Shown here piece after piece: positions 13,032-33,725 of a DNA stretch of 64,000 nucleotides (positions within the stretch are counted from its first letter, which is position 1; every line of letters begins with the position of its first letter). The translations under genes and the position numbers were made by a program. A model generated the notes under the pieces. The model was not told where the DNA came from and did not search any database. It was given only the letters and a program-made list of their open reading frames with translations. The stretch comes from Klebsormidium nitens. Its lineage: Eukaryota; Plantae; Klebsormidiophyceae. The DNA lies in contig DF236998.1 in NCBI GenBank assembly GCA_000708835.1, positions 169,880 to 233,879 of the forward strand, read 5' to 3'.

Positions 13032-13929
13032 GTCAATCACAGTGTTGCGAGCATTCTGCACAGAATGCTCGCAACATTCTGTGTAGAATGTTGCGTAGGT
13101 TAAAAAGGTAACACAGAAAGTTGCAGATGCGCTGCATCGGGGGACGAGGTATAAATGCGAGCGCACAGATCTTGTTCTTACATGATGGCCGTTTACGAAT
13201 CAGATTGTTACAATCAAGTGTCGGCTTTCAAGTCTGATATATCATGGATCGTACTGCGCGTAGCCGCCTGGCCCTATACCTACCTATGCAATCGGGCATA
13301 TATCACTAAAGCTCACTTAGTAAACATTAACCTCGCATGCGCAACATCATTCATGTAGTGCATACTTATGCACATGCACAGCATCACATGGCACGTAAGC
13401 ACGCGGCCACACTGTGACCGCACACATCACGCGTCTTGTCTTCAGCTGCGGTTCAATGCACGATCGCCGAACCTTCACACGATAATCCTGTACTGCCCAC
13501 AAAGCAGCAGTCGGATGGGAGGTGATGGTATGTGCAAACGACAGTTAAAAAACCAGCATGTGACATCATAATTGCAAATCATCAAGCGAACATACCTTTC
13601 TTGCTTGCCGTCATGCAATGTTGCATCAGCTGAGGAAACAAACACACACACTCATATATGTGTGCCATGAGAAGCCTATGGCCTATTTGGCTACGGCGAG
13701 AACGAAAAGGGACCATCATTAGCGATTGTCTGAAGCACCCAAGCGGGGTGCAAATCCATCACGCTATCAGATCTCAAGATTTCCAGCAGTGTGTCCAGTA
13801 AACGTCAACCTTCCACCTTTTTGCACTCCTGGAAACAACCTTTTGGGCAGGGTTATATCAGGAAAATGACCGCACACACACTGCAGACCTCTACCTTCTG
13901 AAATATATATTTACACTGCAAGCAAGCGG

Positions 13930-22464
<8,535 letters not shown>

Positions 22465-22927
22465 CTGCCCTGGCACCCGTTCCAATGCGTGAGCCCCAAT
22501 ATTGTGGGCGCAGCGGCACAGCACGTCAGCCTCAGGTTTTATGGCTGGCAAAACATGGAGTCGATCGGAGCGCAGCTTGTGAGTTCTACGTAGATTTTGG
22601 AGCTGCTGCAGTGGTTTTCAAGCAACCGTTATCGCCCCTGATTCACGAGCTTCCCGCCAAAATCTGGATCCTCGAGTCGAAAACCGGTCCGATAACGGTA
22701 CTTCTGCGTCCAAAAGTTGGGGCAGGTTATGCGCCGTTACCGAGCAGAGCCCCGCGGCCGGGCCTTCAGCGCCTGCGCAGTGCACGGCCAGGCTGACCGC
22801 GAAGATGGTAATGGATACGCAGGGCTGAATAGAAATGCCGCTCTAGTTTTACTGCAGCGAGCATGCAGCTCGTTCGCCGATCAAGCCTGTTCTTTTCCTA
22901 AAGTTAACCGGTCCGAAGGGCGCAGAC

Positions 22928-25900
22928 ATGGCGTCAACACGCCCCTTTCTCTTCGTCCAGAACACCGGCACATTGTGTTTGGGCCCAAGGCTACGAAATT
23001 CATGCCGCCCCCACGTTCAGCCCATCGCCGCCCTTGTTGATAGCTTTCGTGCGCTGAGCGCATGTCCCTCCTCGGCTTTCATGCCATCAAGTCTTTCAGG
23101 CGGGAAGACCAGCCCCTTCTTCTCGGAAGCCTGTTGCTCAAAGGCACGTTTTCTTCCCTCAAACAAAGATTCCTTGGAGAATGCGTCAAGAAAACTGGAG
23201 GGACTTTTTAAAACTGCAGCGCTCGAAAGACGTGCGTTCTCAAGCAATTCCCAGCTGGGCAGTCGCATCGTGACGGAGCTTTTGGACAGAAGACGAGGAG
23301 AATTGCAAAGCAGGGGCATCAGGAGCATTACGGCTGCTTACAGACCAGCTGGTGCTCCTGGTGGTATGGAGGGGGAGGCCCCTCAAATACTCAGACCACA
23401 AGTGAGTCATTGCTTGCATCATTTCTTCATCTTGTGACCACCTGCCCCATCAGCGGCCCTTTTCACAAATGCGGCACAGCGCGGCCTTCCCAATCGGTAT
23501 GTCGATCTTGGACGCCCAGTGCGGAGTGACAACGGGTTCGAACCGTCTGAATGGGCTTTCCTTGTTGAGGAAATTCTCTGTTCGACTTCTTGAATTGCAC
23601 AGCTGTCCGACTAGGAGTCCATCCCAGGTTGATATGCTATGTCTTGACTGCCTCCGAAAAGGCCGCTTCTGGGGTATCTGAATTACCGTACTGCGATTGT
23701 GAGTTCGCATAGAAAATAATAACTTTACCCCAGGTGGAAGTTTTCAGGAAATTATCTGTTGCCTGGTCGAAAGGTTGAAATGAAAAAACAAGGATTCGCG
23801 GCGTTGGGGTGCGAACTCAAGTGGCAGTGCGGTACAGTTAGCGCTTTGACAGGATCCAGCTTTACTTCGAACCATGGCACGTTAACCTTACCGGGTGCCG
23901 CAAATGCGGGCCCTGCTCGAAACACATGACGTTTGGCCTGTTCCTTCTGTGACCATCCATCTGATGGCCAGTTGATCTGAAGGACTTCAAGGCGTATGAT
24001 GATCCAGCAGTCTAAGGATGATTGAGGCGAATCTGGTTCCTCATTTCACGATGCTGCGAAAATTGCAAGACTTTGGTCTTTCAATCTTTCGTGTCTTGTC
24101 AGCCGGAGACCTGTCAAGATTCTTACTCTCCAAGCCTCGTGTCCTGCTGCCAGGTGGCGATCTATTGGGACCTGGATAACAAGACTCCCAACCAGGACCC
24201 CCGCGTCGTGGCCGACCGCATCCGTGCCATTGGGGAGCGCTTTGGCCAGGTCAGCAACGTCATTTCGTCATTGCTCCCATCTTTGTTCAATTCACGTACA
24301 ATCTGCGTGCCAAGAAGATATATTGTCTCGCTCTTTATTCAAAAATTCCGATGTCGTCTGGTCCGACGGAAGTCTGTTTCGAGCATTTGACGCTGTTATG
24401 ATATCCTTTTATACCTAAGAACAAATTCGGGCTGCCGGAACATAGATTAGAACGAAGTATGAACAATCTCAACCGGCTCTGTCAGGTCAAAGAGTTCCGG
24501 GCGTATGCCAACCGCCACACATTCCAGCACATCCCGTCGTACGTCCGGGAAGAAAGGGAGCTTCGGAAGCAGGTCCGGTTAGAGGAGCGGCAAGGGGTTC
24601 GGGTTTCGGACGAACCCTATCGGTGCGGGGTTTGCGGGGCGAAGCTGAAAACGGCGGACAAACTGGAGAAGCACTTCAAGCAGCTGCACGAAAGGGAGCG
24701 CCAGAAGAAGGTCAACAGGTGAGAGATAGGCGGCTTAGTTGGGGGGCTGGGCGAAAACCTGCTCAATTTAATCAGCGGCTCTTCAGTTTAGACCAATTTG
24801 ACCATGTTAACGGCCCTCCTCTTGAACGAAGGCCAGGGCCTCCTTGAAAAGACCCTCCACGCTCATCTGCCAGAGCAACAACTGCCCAATGAACCTGTGT
24901 TGCACAGCTGTTCCACTTTGTGACCCGACTCAGACTTGCGGCGTTTTTAAAATGGAACGAAACAAGGTTTGTTGCCACGACTATCCGTCTCTTCCAGAAC
25001 ATGGGGCCTCAATAAGAGGAGTTCTTCCAGGGACACCCTCGCTTGTCAGATCTGTGGTCCTTTGCGGGCCAGTTTCAGATTTCAACGATTTTCCTCATTT
25101 TGAGTCTATCCCCCGTTCTAGAGCGACGGTCCTGCATGCCCCGGCAGAGTTCAGAACTTCCATAAACGAAGGCATCCCCGTCAAAGCACCTTCTCGCGCA
25201 TCCAACAGGGATAAAGAGCCGAATTTTCAGACTTGAACCCAAAGAAGCTAGTTTTCATATTCATTACGCCCTGGCCGCCCTAGAAGGGAATTGATGGCCC
25301 TCGACAAAGCTTGAACAACGGCTGTCTTTCGGTTCGCAAAACGCAGATTGTCAGTAACATAAGACCGTTCTAGTCGAAGTTCTGGTTTGCAGATCGGTGG
25401 TGGTACTCCAAAAGGAGACGCGGGTCCTTTCAAGACGTCTTAAGACCCGGCCCAAACCGACGGTTCTCGTTCGCTCTGCAGGGCGCAGAGCCTCAGCAAA
25501 AAGAAACCGTCACAATCGAAGCGCCTTTTCGCCAAGATCAAAGAGAAGGACGCACGCAACACGTACTTCGACGTCGCTCGTGACATCATCACGCCGAAAG
25601 TGGGCTACCGGCTGATGTCAGACCTGAAAAGCCGGGGCGTGCGCGTGCGGGAAGTAAAGGATCAGTCACAAGCCGCGGACGCGGCGATCATAAGCGATCT
25701 GGAGTATCTCCTAACCAAACCAAACCACGTGAGTCGTTGGGCTGAAGCCCTTGCGGTTTCGATGCTTCGATTGGACCTCCGATCGGACTCTTTTGGTCAT
25801 CCGGGCATCCTCGTGGTTATTGGGTGGCAGTCTTTTCGAACGTGCCGTCTCTATTGCTGAATCGTTGAAAGGTCGTTTCGCTGGAGAAACGTGATTCGTA

Positions 25901-27542
25901 TCTCAGGTCAATGTTGTCCTGCTACTTTTGAAAGGGCTGAATGTGAAATTCTCATCAGAGGCCAGGCCATCAGACCCCAATAGCTCGAATGGAACAAACA
26001 AAGAGAACTTTGACAGGAAAGAAACGCACTCCGAGTGGGTCGTGCTGGTTTTGGACGGCTCCGACTTCGGACGCTGGCGCGAGTGCGGGCGTCCGAAACC
26101 CCTCAGAGTCACACAGCCCAGGCCATCAGATCCCAATACTCGGATTAACCAAAAAACAACACAAATTTTCAGATCAAACTGATTCGCAGGTCCAGTCGGT
26201 CGTACTGGCTTCGGACGACTCCGGCTTCGGACGTGTTCTGGCGCCGGTACAGACGTCCATTGCCCCAGTACTCAGAACCCGCAAAAGCAAAACATCAATT
26301 TCATACAATCACAAGACAGCAAGATTGACTCATATGCAGGTCGAGTCGGTGGTGCTGGTTTCGGACGACTCTGACTTCGGACGCGCGCTGGCGCGGGTGC
26401 GGGCGTCCGAGCGGCGGGTTGTGGTGGTCGGGGAAAAGCCGGGGCTGGTCAAGTCGGCGGACGTGCTGTACCACTGGTGGGACGTGCACGAGGGGCTCGC
26501 AAACCGGCCCGACTACCGGTGCGTGCTCATTTTTGCTTTCTTGGGTTTAGGGTTTAGGGTTTTCATATTTTAGCTCTTTCTGAAGCTCGGTTTGTTTCCG
26601 CTCTTAGACAATTTGCCAGGAAGCTTTCCGTTTAAGCCAGGCTCAGCCCATGAACTGATCTGGCACCCAGTGCGCTTGAGTGATCTTTCCGCAACATAGA
26701 CATTGGAACAAGTGAGGGGCTTGCAACTTCGCCCAACCACCGGTGTGTGCTCTTTACTTGTGACCTGTCGCGAGCTCCACAGCCTCAGATACAAATTGAT
26801 GGCATCTTCAAGCATACTTGCAAGAACCACAGGTGTTTTGGGCCCTTGATCATAAATGGTTCTGGGCTGGCTATGAGCTGGTTGAAAAGAGGCTAAGCGT
26901 CCAGTAACCAGACTTGGGCGGTAATCAACCTTGGAATAAGGCGAAAGCCCGGTTTATTGTCCAATAATCTGGAACTGAACTCTGGTTATCAGCCTGGTTA
27001 CCGGCCAAAAGTTCCTGTACGTTAAGTGAAAGGACGAGCCCCGGCGCAGACATCTACAATGGCCAATGTGCGGCTAGAGGGTTGCTCCTCGGAGGTTGGG
27101 GCGAAAGCAGCGAATGGGCAAATCGAATGGATGTTTGACACACCGTCTGATGAAGTCGCACCGTCATCACGCCTTGAAAGCGTTTTCAGCTTGTTCCGGC
27201 AAAGTAGTCGAGCTTGCGCATCCAGTAGTCTGCTCGTCATACATGAATCAAAATCATCTTGATCGTCCAGACGTTGCACCCCGTTTTCCTCTTACAATGA
27301 CGGTGCGTTTCCGTTTCCATTCTTTCAGGTGTCCGCCGGAACGCTTCGAGCATCGGCAAGGGCCCCGAGTGGGCGGACTGGAGGCCCACGAACTAGAAGC
27401 GGACGATTACGAGGAGTTCGAAGAGTTCGGCGAGGGCGATGAGTTCGGGGGACTAGACGAGTACGGAAACTACCGTGACGCTGACGTGGACGAGATTCTT
27501 TTTGGAAGGTCTTTCGAGGAGTCCCGAAGTTGGCGGCGGTGA
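22928..27542 (+). CDS. NYN (PIN-like nuclease) domain protein with an embedded C2H2 zinc finger, probably organelle-targeted (6 exons, ~480 aa)
   Basis: Exons 22928-23401, 24154-24249, 24486-24718, 25482-25728, 26340-26518, 27329-27542, total 1443 nt. NYN motifs VAIYWDLDNK, EFRAYAN, QAADAAI, VLVSDDSDF, VVVVG; C2H2 finger YRCGVCG...LEKHFKQLH; acidic C-terminal tail. Resembles the Arabidopsis At4g12240/At5g52010 type (from memory). Confidence 0.88.
25955..26420 (+). repeat. Three tandem ~150-160-bp units covering the acceptor and start of NYN-gene exon 5
   Basis: Junction equivalents at ~26029 (AG lost; EWVVLVLDGSDFGR), 26189 (CGCAG|VQSVVLASDDSGFGR) and 26339 (functional; VESVVLVSDDSDFGR). CCAGGCCATCAGA(C/T)CCCAATA is also repeated at 25962 and 26118. 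Confidence 0.9.
26543..26563 (+). repeat. Short interstitial telomere-like repeat GGG(TTTAGGG)2TTTT in an intron
   Basis: Direct read of the sequence 25 nt downstream of the exon 5 donor. Confidence 0.7.
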
Positions 27543-28978
27543 TAAGCTCAGGACGGAAGGGGATAAGTGATGGGGGATGAGAATTCGAGGAGATTCACAA
27601 AGGTTTATGAATGACGTGAACGTCGTAGATGCGTGCTTCCTTTTGCGACACATAACGGGCTGATTCGGCTTTTGCAATAGCTGCCACCTGTTCTGTCGGG
27701 CACGAAAATTGAAAGCCCAGTGCAAACTAATGCAGAGAAGGGGCCAGCAGTAGTTCGATCCGCTCATTGCTCACGGATAGTGTATATACGGCTTTGCCTC
27801 TCACCGCCTTCGCATATGCCTTCTCGCCCAATCAATACCCTTGCACAATCCTGACAATCGTGCAGTGACAACGTTAGCCGAGCGAGATTGTTTGAACTAT
27901 ATGAATCGCCTTTCACAAAGAATCGCCTGCGTTGCGATCTCAAGTTGCAACAAACCGTGTGTTTTCTTCCGAGGCTCCAAACCCGCCGCCATGGGAGAGT
28001 AAAAAGTTGTGAAAGGAGAAAGGCCCGGCGACCCGAATAGCTGAGGTCCTCAAATCGTTACAGTCCAGGACCCTCTGCGCGCTCGGAAAATTGCATGACG
28101 ACATTGAGTCCGACTGCAGTTCCGCTGCACAGCATCCGCATGCACAGTCCGCTGCAACACACTCGACACTGGTTGCGGAAGCTTTGGGTTGAACCTAACA
28201 AGCATGCCAAGGGCGGCCACAGCTCCTTTGCAAGTGTCCATGACGTCGCGCATTAGGTATGTCAGCTGAGATTGTCTGAAGAACTGAATGGCCGGCGCGG
28301 CTCTAAGCAGCGCGCCGGCCCATGCGTAATAATCGACGACGCGTCTGATTCCAGGAGATGCCTTGATGAAAGACCACATGACCTGCAGCCCGCGCCTGGC
28401 CTGAAACCTTGAAACACCTCTATACATATATACAAATCATGCACGCGGCCAGAACAAAACCGCAAACAAACGTGCGGTATGATTGTTGCGGCGGTCGCTT
28501 CTCTTAGCATAACTGGCTCAAGCACCCCATAGACGCAACCAGGGTTTTGTTACTACCGTAAAAGAGGGGGTCAGGCGCTAAGGTACGTATACTCGCTTTT
28601 CGTTTGGCATGCTCGCGAGTGTCATGAGTGGCGGCTCGCGCTACAGCTCGGTAACCCGACACTTGATCATGCATGTTTGTTAAGTTCGGGAGGCGCATAA
28701 TGGGCGCTTAGTGATCGAGGGCTATCTCGCGCGGCCGCCAGGCGCCTACGCGGGGTTTACGAAAGGTTTCGGGCAAACTGCTGGAGCACTGACGTCGAGC
28801 GCCTCGGCTCGACGAGTAACATGCATGCTGGGAATCGCCAAGTCAAGCACAGGGCGCTCAAACGCTTGAACAAAGCCCTTGAACAAAGACTGGCAGCAAT
28901 TTTGGTCGTCTCCGCCCGCCGCCGCCGCCCTTCTACTACGCTTCACAGAGACTGAGAAGGGAAGTGTGGAAGGGCGCC

Positions 28979-30503
28979 ATGACCAACTGGACTCTCTCTC
29001 TGCTGCCCTCGAAGGAAGGACAATCTGCACAGTCCAAAAGCAAGCGGAGACGCGATGATCAAACAGAAGACCTCCTCACGGCAGCGAAGCGCGCGCGCAG
29101 GGTGGCGCAGCGGAAAGAGCGCCTGCGAATGTTTGGACTGCACAGCGTTGAAGGATGGACGGAAGAAGACTTCCAGCCAGATATGCTGCAAAGCACAGCT
29201 GAACAGCTGTTGGTCAGAGGCGTGCTTGCTGTCGAAGATGGCGACCATGAGAAAGCTCTTGAGTTCTTCAGGACGGGAGCTTTGTCCCGAAGTGTCACCA
29301 GCATGATAGAGCTAGCTCGCTCTCTCCTGTTCGGAGCACTGCACGGTATTCCAAGCGACGCGGACGCTGCAAGTGTGATGCTGCAGGTGGCAAAAAAGCA
29401 GAGCCATGTATCTCCTGGTCTGTTCGAGGAGTGCGACCAACAGACTGCAGAGCTGACGCTAGCAAAAGCTGCGGTAGCTGAGAACGACTTGCAGAAAATG
29501 GTGAGCCTCTTGGGCAGCAGAAACGAAGAAAGTCTTGAGATGATTGCGGACGCTCTTGCAGACATGGCGAACGACAAGGAAGGCTTGAAGGCGATAGCTG
29601 ATTGTCAGGGCAGCTTGGAGAAGCTGACAGCTCTTTTGGGCAGCAAAAACATAGACGTACTGCGTCCGGCCGTCAGCGTGTTTGCCGACCTGACCGCTGA
29701 CGACGAGAGCAGAAGTGCTGTCGCGGCTCTTCCGAGCAGTCTAGAGAGGCTGGTCGCCCTCTTAAGAAGCAAGTACATCCGCGTTCAGAACCTGTCCGTA
29801 AGGGGTCTTGCAAATCTCGCGATTGACGGGGAAAATCAGGCAAAGATTGTCGGTCTGCCGGGCGCTTTGGAGGGTTTGGTTGAACTGTCACGTAGCGAGC
29901 ATGTGGAAGCTCAGGGGAACGCCGCAAGGGCTCTCGCCAATCTAGCGCTGGACTTGGCAGCCAACAGGAAGGAAGCCCATTGCCACAACACCACACAGTC
30001 TGGAGAGACTAGTGGGGCTCTTGGATACGGAGGATGCGTATGTGCCTATGCAAACGGCGCGCGCTCTTGGGAACCTAGCGTGCAACGCGGAAAACCGGAA
30101 GGCCATTGCTGCGGTGCCGGGGAGCTTGGAGGCTGTCACAAGACTGCTGTCCAACAAGAACCAGGAGGTGCAAGAATGGGCAGCGTTCGCGCTTGCCAAT
30201 CTGGCCGCGGGAAATCGACGCAACAGGGAGAGGATTGCGGCAGAGTCTGGAGTTTGGGAAGCTCTTGCGGATCTGATGGGCAGCAAGAGTGCAAGAATAC
30301 AGGAAGAGGCCACGAGGGCCCTTGCTGAGCTCGTGGTTGACAGCGCAAACGTGAAGGCGTTTGCGGCAGTGCCGGGCAGTGTGGAGCGAATTGTGCGGCT
30401 CTCGAGCAGCAACAATCTAGAAGTGCAGAGAGATACCAGCAAAGTTCTCGTGAACCTAGGCAAAGATGAAGAGATCGAGAAGTTGATTGCGAAGGTGCGG
30501 TAG
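28979..30503 (+). pseudogene. Intronless Sel1-like repeat + armadillo-repeat (Vac8-like) gene with a 4-nt frameshift (pseudogene or sequence error)
   Basis: ORF 28964-30328 carries ARM repeats up to ...ARALANLALDLAANRK. The repeats continue in another frame (IATTPHSLERLVGLLDTEDAYVPMQTARALGNLA..., stop at 30503). The shift coincides with the GGAA duplication at 29967-29974. Confidence 0.7.
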
Positions 30504-31934
30504 GGCGGCACCAGTGAAGGTGCTATAGAACGGTCTTCGTAAGTAGTGAGCGTCTTAACGGTACTTGGAAGCAATCTGTGGATGCATTTTGAAGAAGGAT
30601 CAAACGGGATAGCTTCATGCATGGTGATCTTGCAGATTCAGTTTTGCCTCGTGCCTAGCTTCTGATATGAGAGGACGTTTTGATCGGTAGGTGAAGTAGA
30701 CAGAGCAGCATGGATAAGTTTTTCGTCTATCTGGACAAGGCTAAATCCCAGTCTGTCTTGATTTCTTCTACCACTCTAGTTCCCTGTAACAAAGGAAGCG
30801 CAGCTTCTTAGCTACGCTCAAGCCTTCTTTGTTGAACTCTTGCACTCACTCATAGTGAACGATAATCGGGCGCCTCGAAGCGGTCGATACCTCTCCATAG
30901 TCAAGTAGCATCATATACTACAGAAGACAGGTATCGATGGTCCTGCGATATCTTCCCTGTAAGTTGATAGCAGCCATAATGATCTCCGATCTGGATCTAT
31001 GCGATGCTTGCTTGATGTGCGTGGTTTTATGCATGTCAGAAACGCGCGTCCGATTCATAAACCACAGAACAAGAGCGCAGGATACTCGTATCACTAGGAC
31101 TGTGGAGCAGTCCGAGCTTTAAAATCGTGGAAAGTTCGTGGAATCCATGTACGGATCTGAGACAGTACATCAGCCCATAAGGAGTCATGCCGATTTCGTG
31201 TAAGTAGATTTACTTTTGAGACTCTGATTTTCGGAATCGGAAGAAGCAGGTCAAGCTACGTCTCAATTGTGCTTCTTGCTTCGATCTGCAATCATTCAGC
31301 GGCAGTACTCCTTCTCAACGTGGCATGCGCACGAGCTATCGGGATGCCATCGCTTTAAAAGTAACACGTTCTGATGTGCAGAACCGGAGCACCTTACGCA
31401 ATCATGATCTGTTTATCAGTTTCTTCAGCCCTCTTTTCTCATACTGCACGGCGTTCCATATCGCACCAGCGACTTCATCATATTTAGCAACCGCGAGTCA
31501 GGTAGAATTACCTTGCTTCCGCCTGTGTTTTGGCCATCCGTACAAATAACTACTGAACCATGTAGAGAAACAGTGCTTGACAAAGGCGATTACTGCGATC
31601 GGCGTTCTCCGCATGTCGCGCTCGCGGCTTAGCGCGCTCACCTCGCGCGCGGCCGACGTTCGAGACTTCCTAAAACCCTTGTGCACGGAGCGGCCGCCAC
31701 GTGAGATGGTCCAGCGTGCACCACAAAGATCGTACCTAGTACGGTACCAGGCACTCACTATGGATCAGAGTGTTGAATTGTTCAGGTGTAAGCAGGGTGG
31801 AAGGCCAGGCGCGGACTAGGAGAGGATGTTCTTCTGAACAAGCTTCGTGCTTCGAAGTTGCAGAGCGGCTGCTGCCTGTCAGCCTCAGCTTAAATAGACT
31901 ATGAGCGGACCTAGCGCTGCAAACAGGCATAACC

Positions 31935-33725
31935 ATGGTGCTCTCATGGCTTCTTTCTCTGTGGTCTCCTGCGATAGCTTCTAAGCGGTCCCACTCTGAG
32001 CTTGAGGGCCACTCCGACGATGAGGCAGAGCGCTTGCAAGAAGAGGAGCAAAGTGCAAAGCGCCTGCGCATTATTGGTTTGTTCAACAATGAGGAATGCA
32101 CCGAAGAGCACTTTGAGCCAGACAGGTTGCAGAGCACAGCGGAGGTGCTCTTCAGCAAAGGAGTGCTTGCGCGGGAAAGAGGGGAAGACGCAGATGCCTT
32201 TGAGTTTTTCAGAATGAGTGCGGTAGCTGGGAGCGCCAACAGCATGATAGAGATGGCACGCTATTTTCTAGCTGGGACGGTTTGTTCAAAGGACGTCATT
32301 GCCGCGCAAGCGCTGCTGAGAGCCGCAAGCAAGCACAGCTTTGTGGACTCTGAACTGCTTCAAGACTGCGAGGATAAAACTGCGGAGATGGCAAACGCCA
32401 GGCTGCCAGCAGGCGCTGCATTCCCGAAGATTCTCGAGCTATTGTGCACTCTGGACAGCGAACGCATCGATGCGCAAAGGAGCGCCAAAGACATGCTGTT
32501 TGAGCTAGCCAGAAATGAGGACTCGATTCAAATACATTGGCTGGTGCGCCTTTTGGGGAGCGAGAACGAGATCCTGCAGGAAGTGGTGGCGGATGTTGTC
32601 AGCGATTTAGCGGAGGGTGAAGAGGACGGGCCTGGTCTTGGTGCGCTTCCAGGCCTCCTAGAGCGGCTGCTGGACCTTTTGATGAGTGCGCGCGCGCGCG
32701 CGACCACAATGATCATGGCGGCTGTGGCACTTGAAAACCTGGCAGTGGACGCAAAGAATCGGGACAAGATCCTGGCTGTGCCGCGAAGTTTGGAGTGTCT
32801 GACGACGCTTCTCTGGGGTCGGAGCGCATTAACACTGCAAAATGCGGCCGCGGATGTTTTGTACAATTTGGCTCAAGGATCAAAAGCTTCCACCGTTCTG
32901 AGCGCAATTGCATCTGGGCCGGAGACTCTGCGCAAATTGGCCAACCTTCTTAATGGCAGGCCGGGCTTGAAATCATCAGAGACCTTAGGGGCATGGGCGC
33001 TCGCGAGCTTGGCACTTGACACAGAAACTGGGAAAGCTATAGCGGCAATACCGGGCAGTCTAGAGGGTTTGGTGCGCCTTTTGGGAAAAGATAACACGGG
33101 GCAGGTTCAGGAGCAGGCCGCGAGGGCCCTTGCCAACCTGGCGCTCGAGTCGAGCAACAGCAGAGCCATCGCGCGCGCGCCGGGCGCGGTCGCGTGCTTG
33201 GTTCCCCTCCTGAGCAGCCCTAGCGCGGGCGCGCGCATGCGCGCCGCGCGCGCGCTCGTGAACCTGACGTGCGAAGTGGAGAACAAGCCGCGCGTCGCGA
33301 ACACGCCGGGGACGTTGGACGCGCTCGCGCGGTTGCTGAGTTGCAAGAGCGCGGTCCTGCAGAAGTTTGGCGCGTGGGCGCTCGGAAACCTCGCACACGG
33401 CCCGAAGCTTAAAGCGCAAATCGTGGCGGTGCCGGGGTGTTTGTGCGGGCTGGTGGGGCTTCTGGGCAGCCGGAAGGCGAAAGTCAAGGGATACGCCGCG
33501 AGGGCGCTGGCCAACTTGGCAATCGGGGCGGCGAACAAGAAGGCGATTGCGGAGGTGCGGGGCGCTTTGGAGGCTTTGGTTCGTCTCGAAGGAAGTTACG
33601 ATGCGGAAGTGCGGGGGCAAGCCAAGAGGGCACTCAAGAATCTCGCGGGGATGAAACAGAATAGGGTGAAAATCAACGCGGCCCGGCTCGGCGGTGGGGC
33701 TCTCTTAAAAGCTGGGTGTCCGTGA
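31935..33725 (+). CDS. Intronless Sel1-like repeat + armadillo-repeat protein (596 aa), paralog of the upstream gene
   Basis: Uninterrupted ORF with repeated L..LV.LL.S....Q..AA.AL.NLA units. N-terminal Sel1-like helix pair (AFEFFRMSAVAGSANSMIEMARYFLAG...KDVIAAQALLRAA) is aligned with the upstream paralog. Confidence 0.9.
   Translation: MVLSWLLSLWSPAIASKRSHSELEGHSDDEAERLQEEEQSAKRLRIIGLFNNEECTEEHFEPDRLQSTAEVLFSKGVLARERGEDADAFEFFRMSAVAGSANSMIEMARYFLAGTVCSKDVIAAQALLRAASKHSFVDSELLQDCEDKTAEMANARLPAGAAFPKILELLCTLDSERIDAQRSAKDMLFELARNEDSIQIHWLVRLLGSENEILQEVVADVVSDLAEGEEDGPGLGALPGLLERLLDLLMSARARATTMIMAAVALENLAVDAKNRDKILAVPRSLECLTTLLWGRSALTLQNAAADVLYNLAQGSKASTVLSAIASGPETLRKLANLLNGRPGLKSSETLGAWALASLALDTETGKAIAAIPGSLEGLVRLLGKDNTGQVQEQAARALANLALESSNSRAIARAPGAVACLVPLLSSPSAGARMRAARALVNLTCEVENKPRVANTPGTLDALARLLSCKSAVLQKFGAWALGNLAHGPKLKAQIVAVPGCLCGLVGLLGSRKAKVKGYAARALANLAIGAANKKAIAEVRGALEALVRLEGSYDAEVRGQAKRALKNLAGMKQNRVKINAARLGGGALLKAGCP

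Noticed and set aside
23500-23550. tRNA-like GGGTTCGAACC (B-box/T-loop) in NYN-gene intron 1
   Set aside because: The T-stem is imperfect and no acceptor stem, D-arm or anticodon arm could be built.
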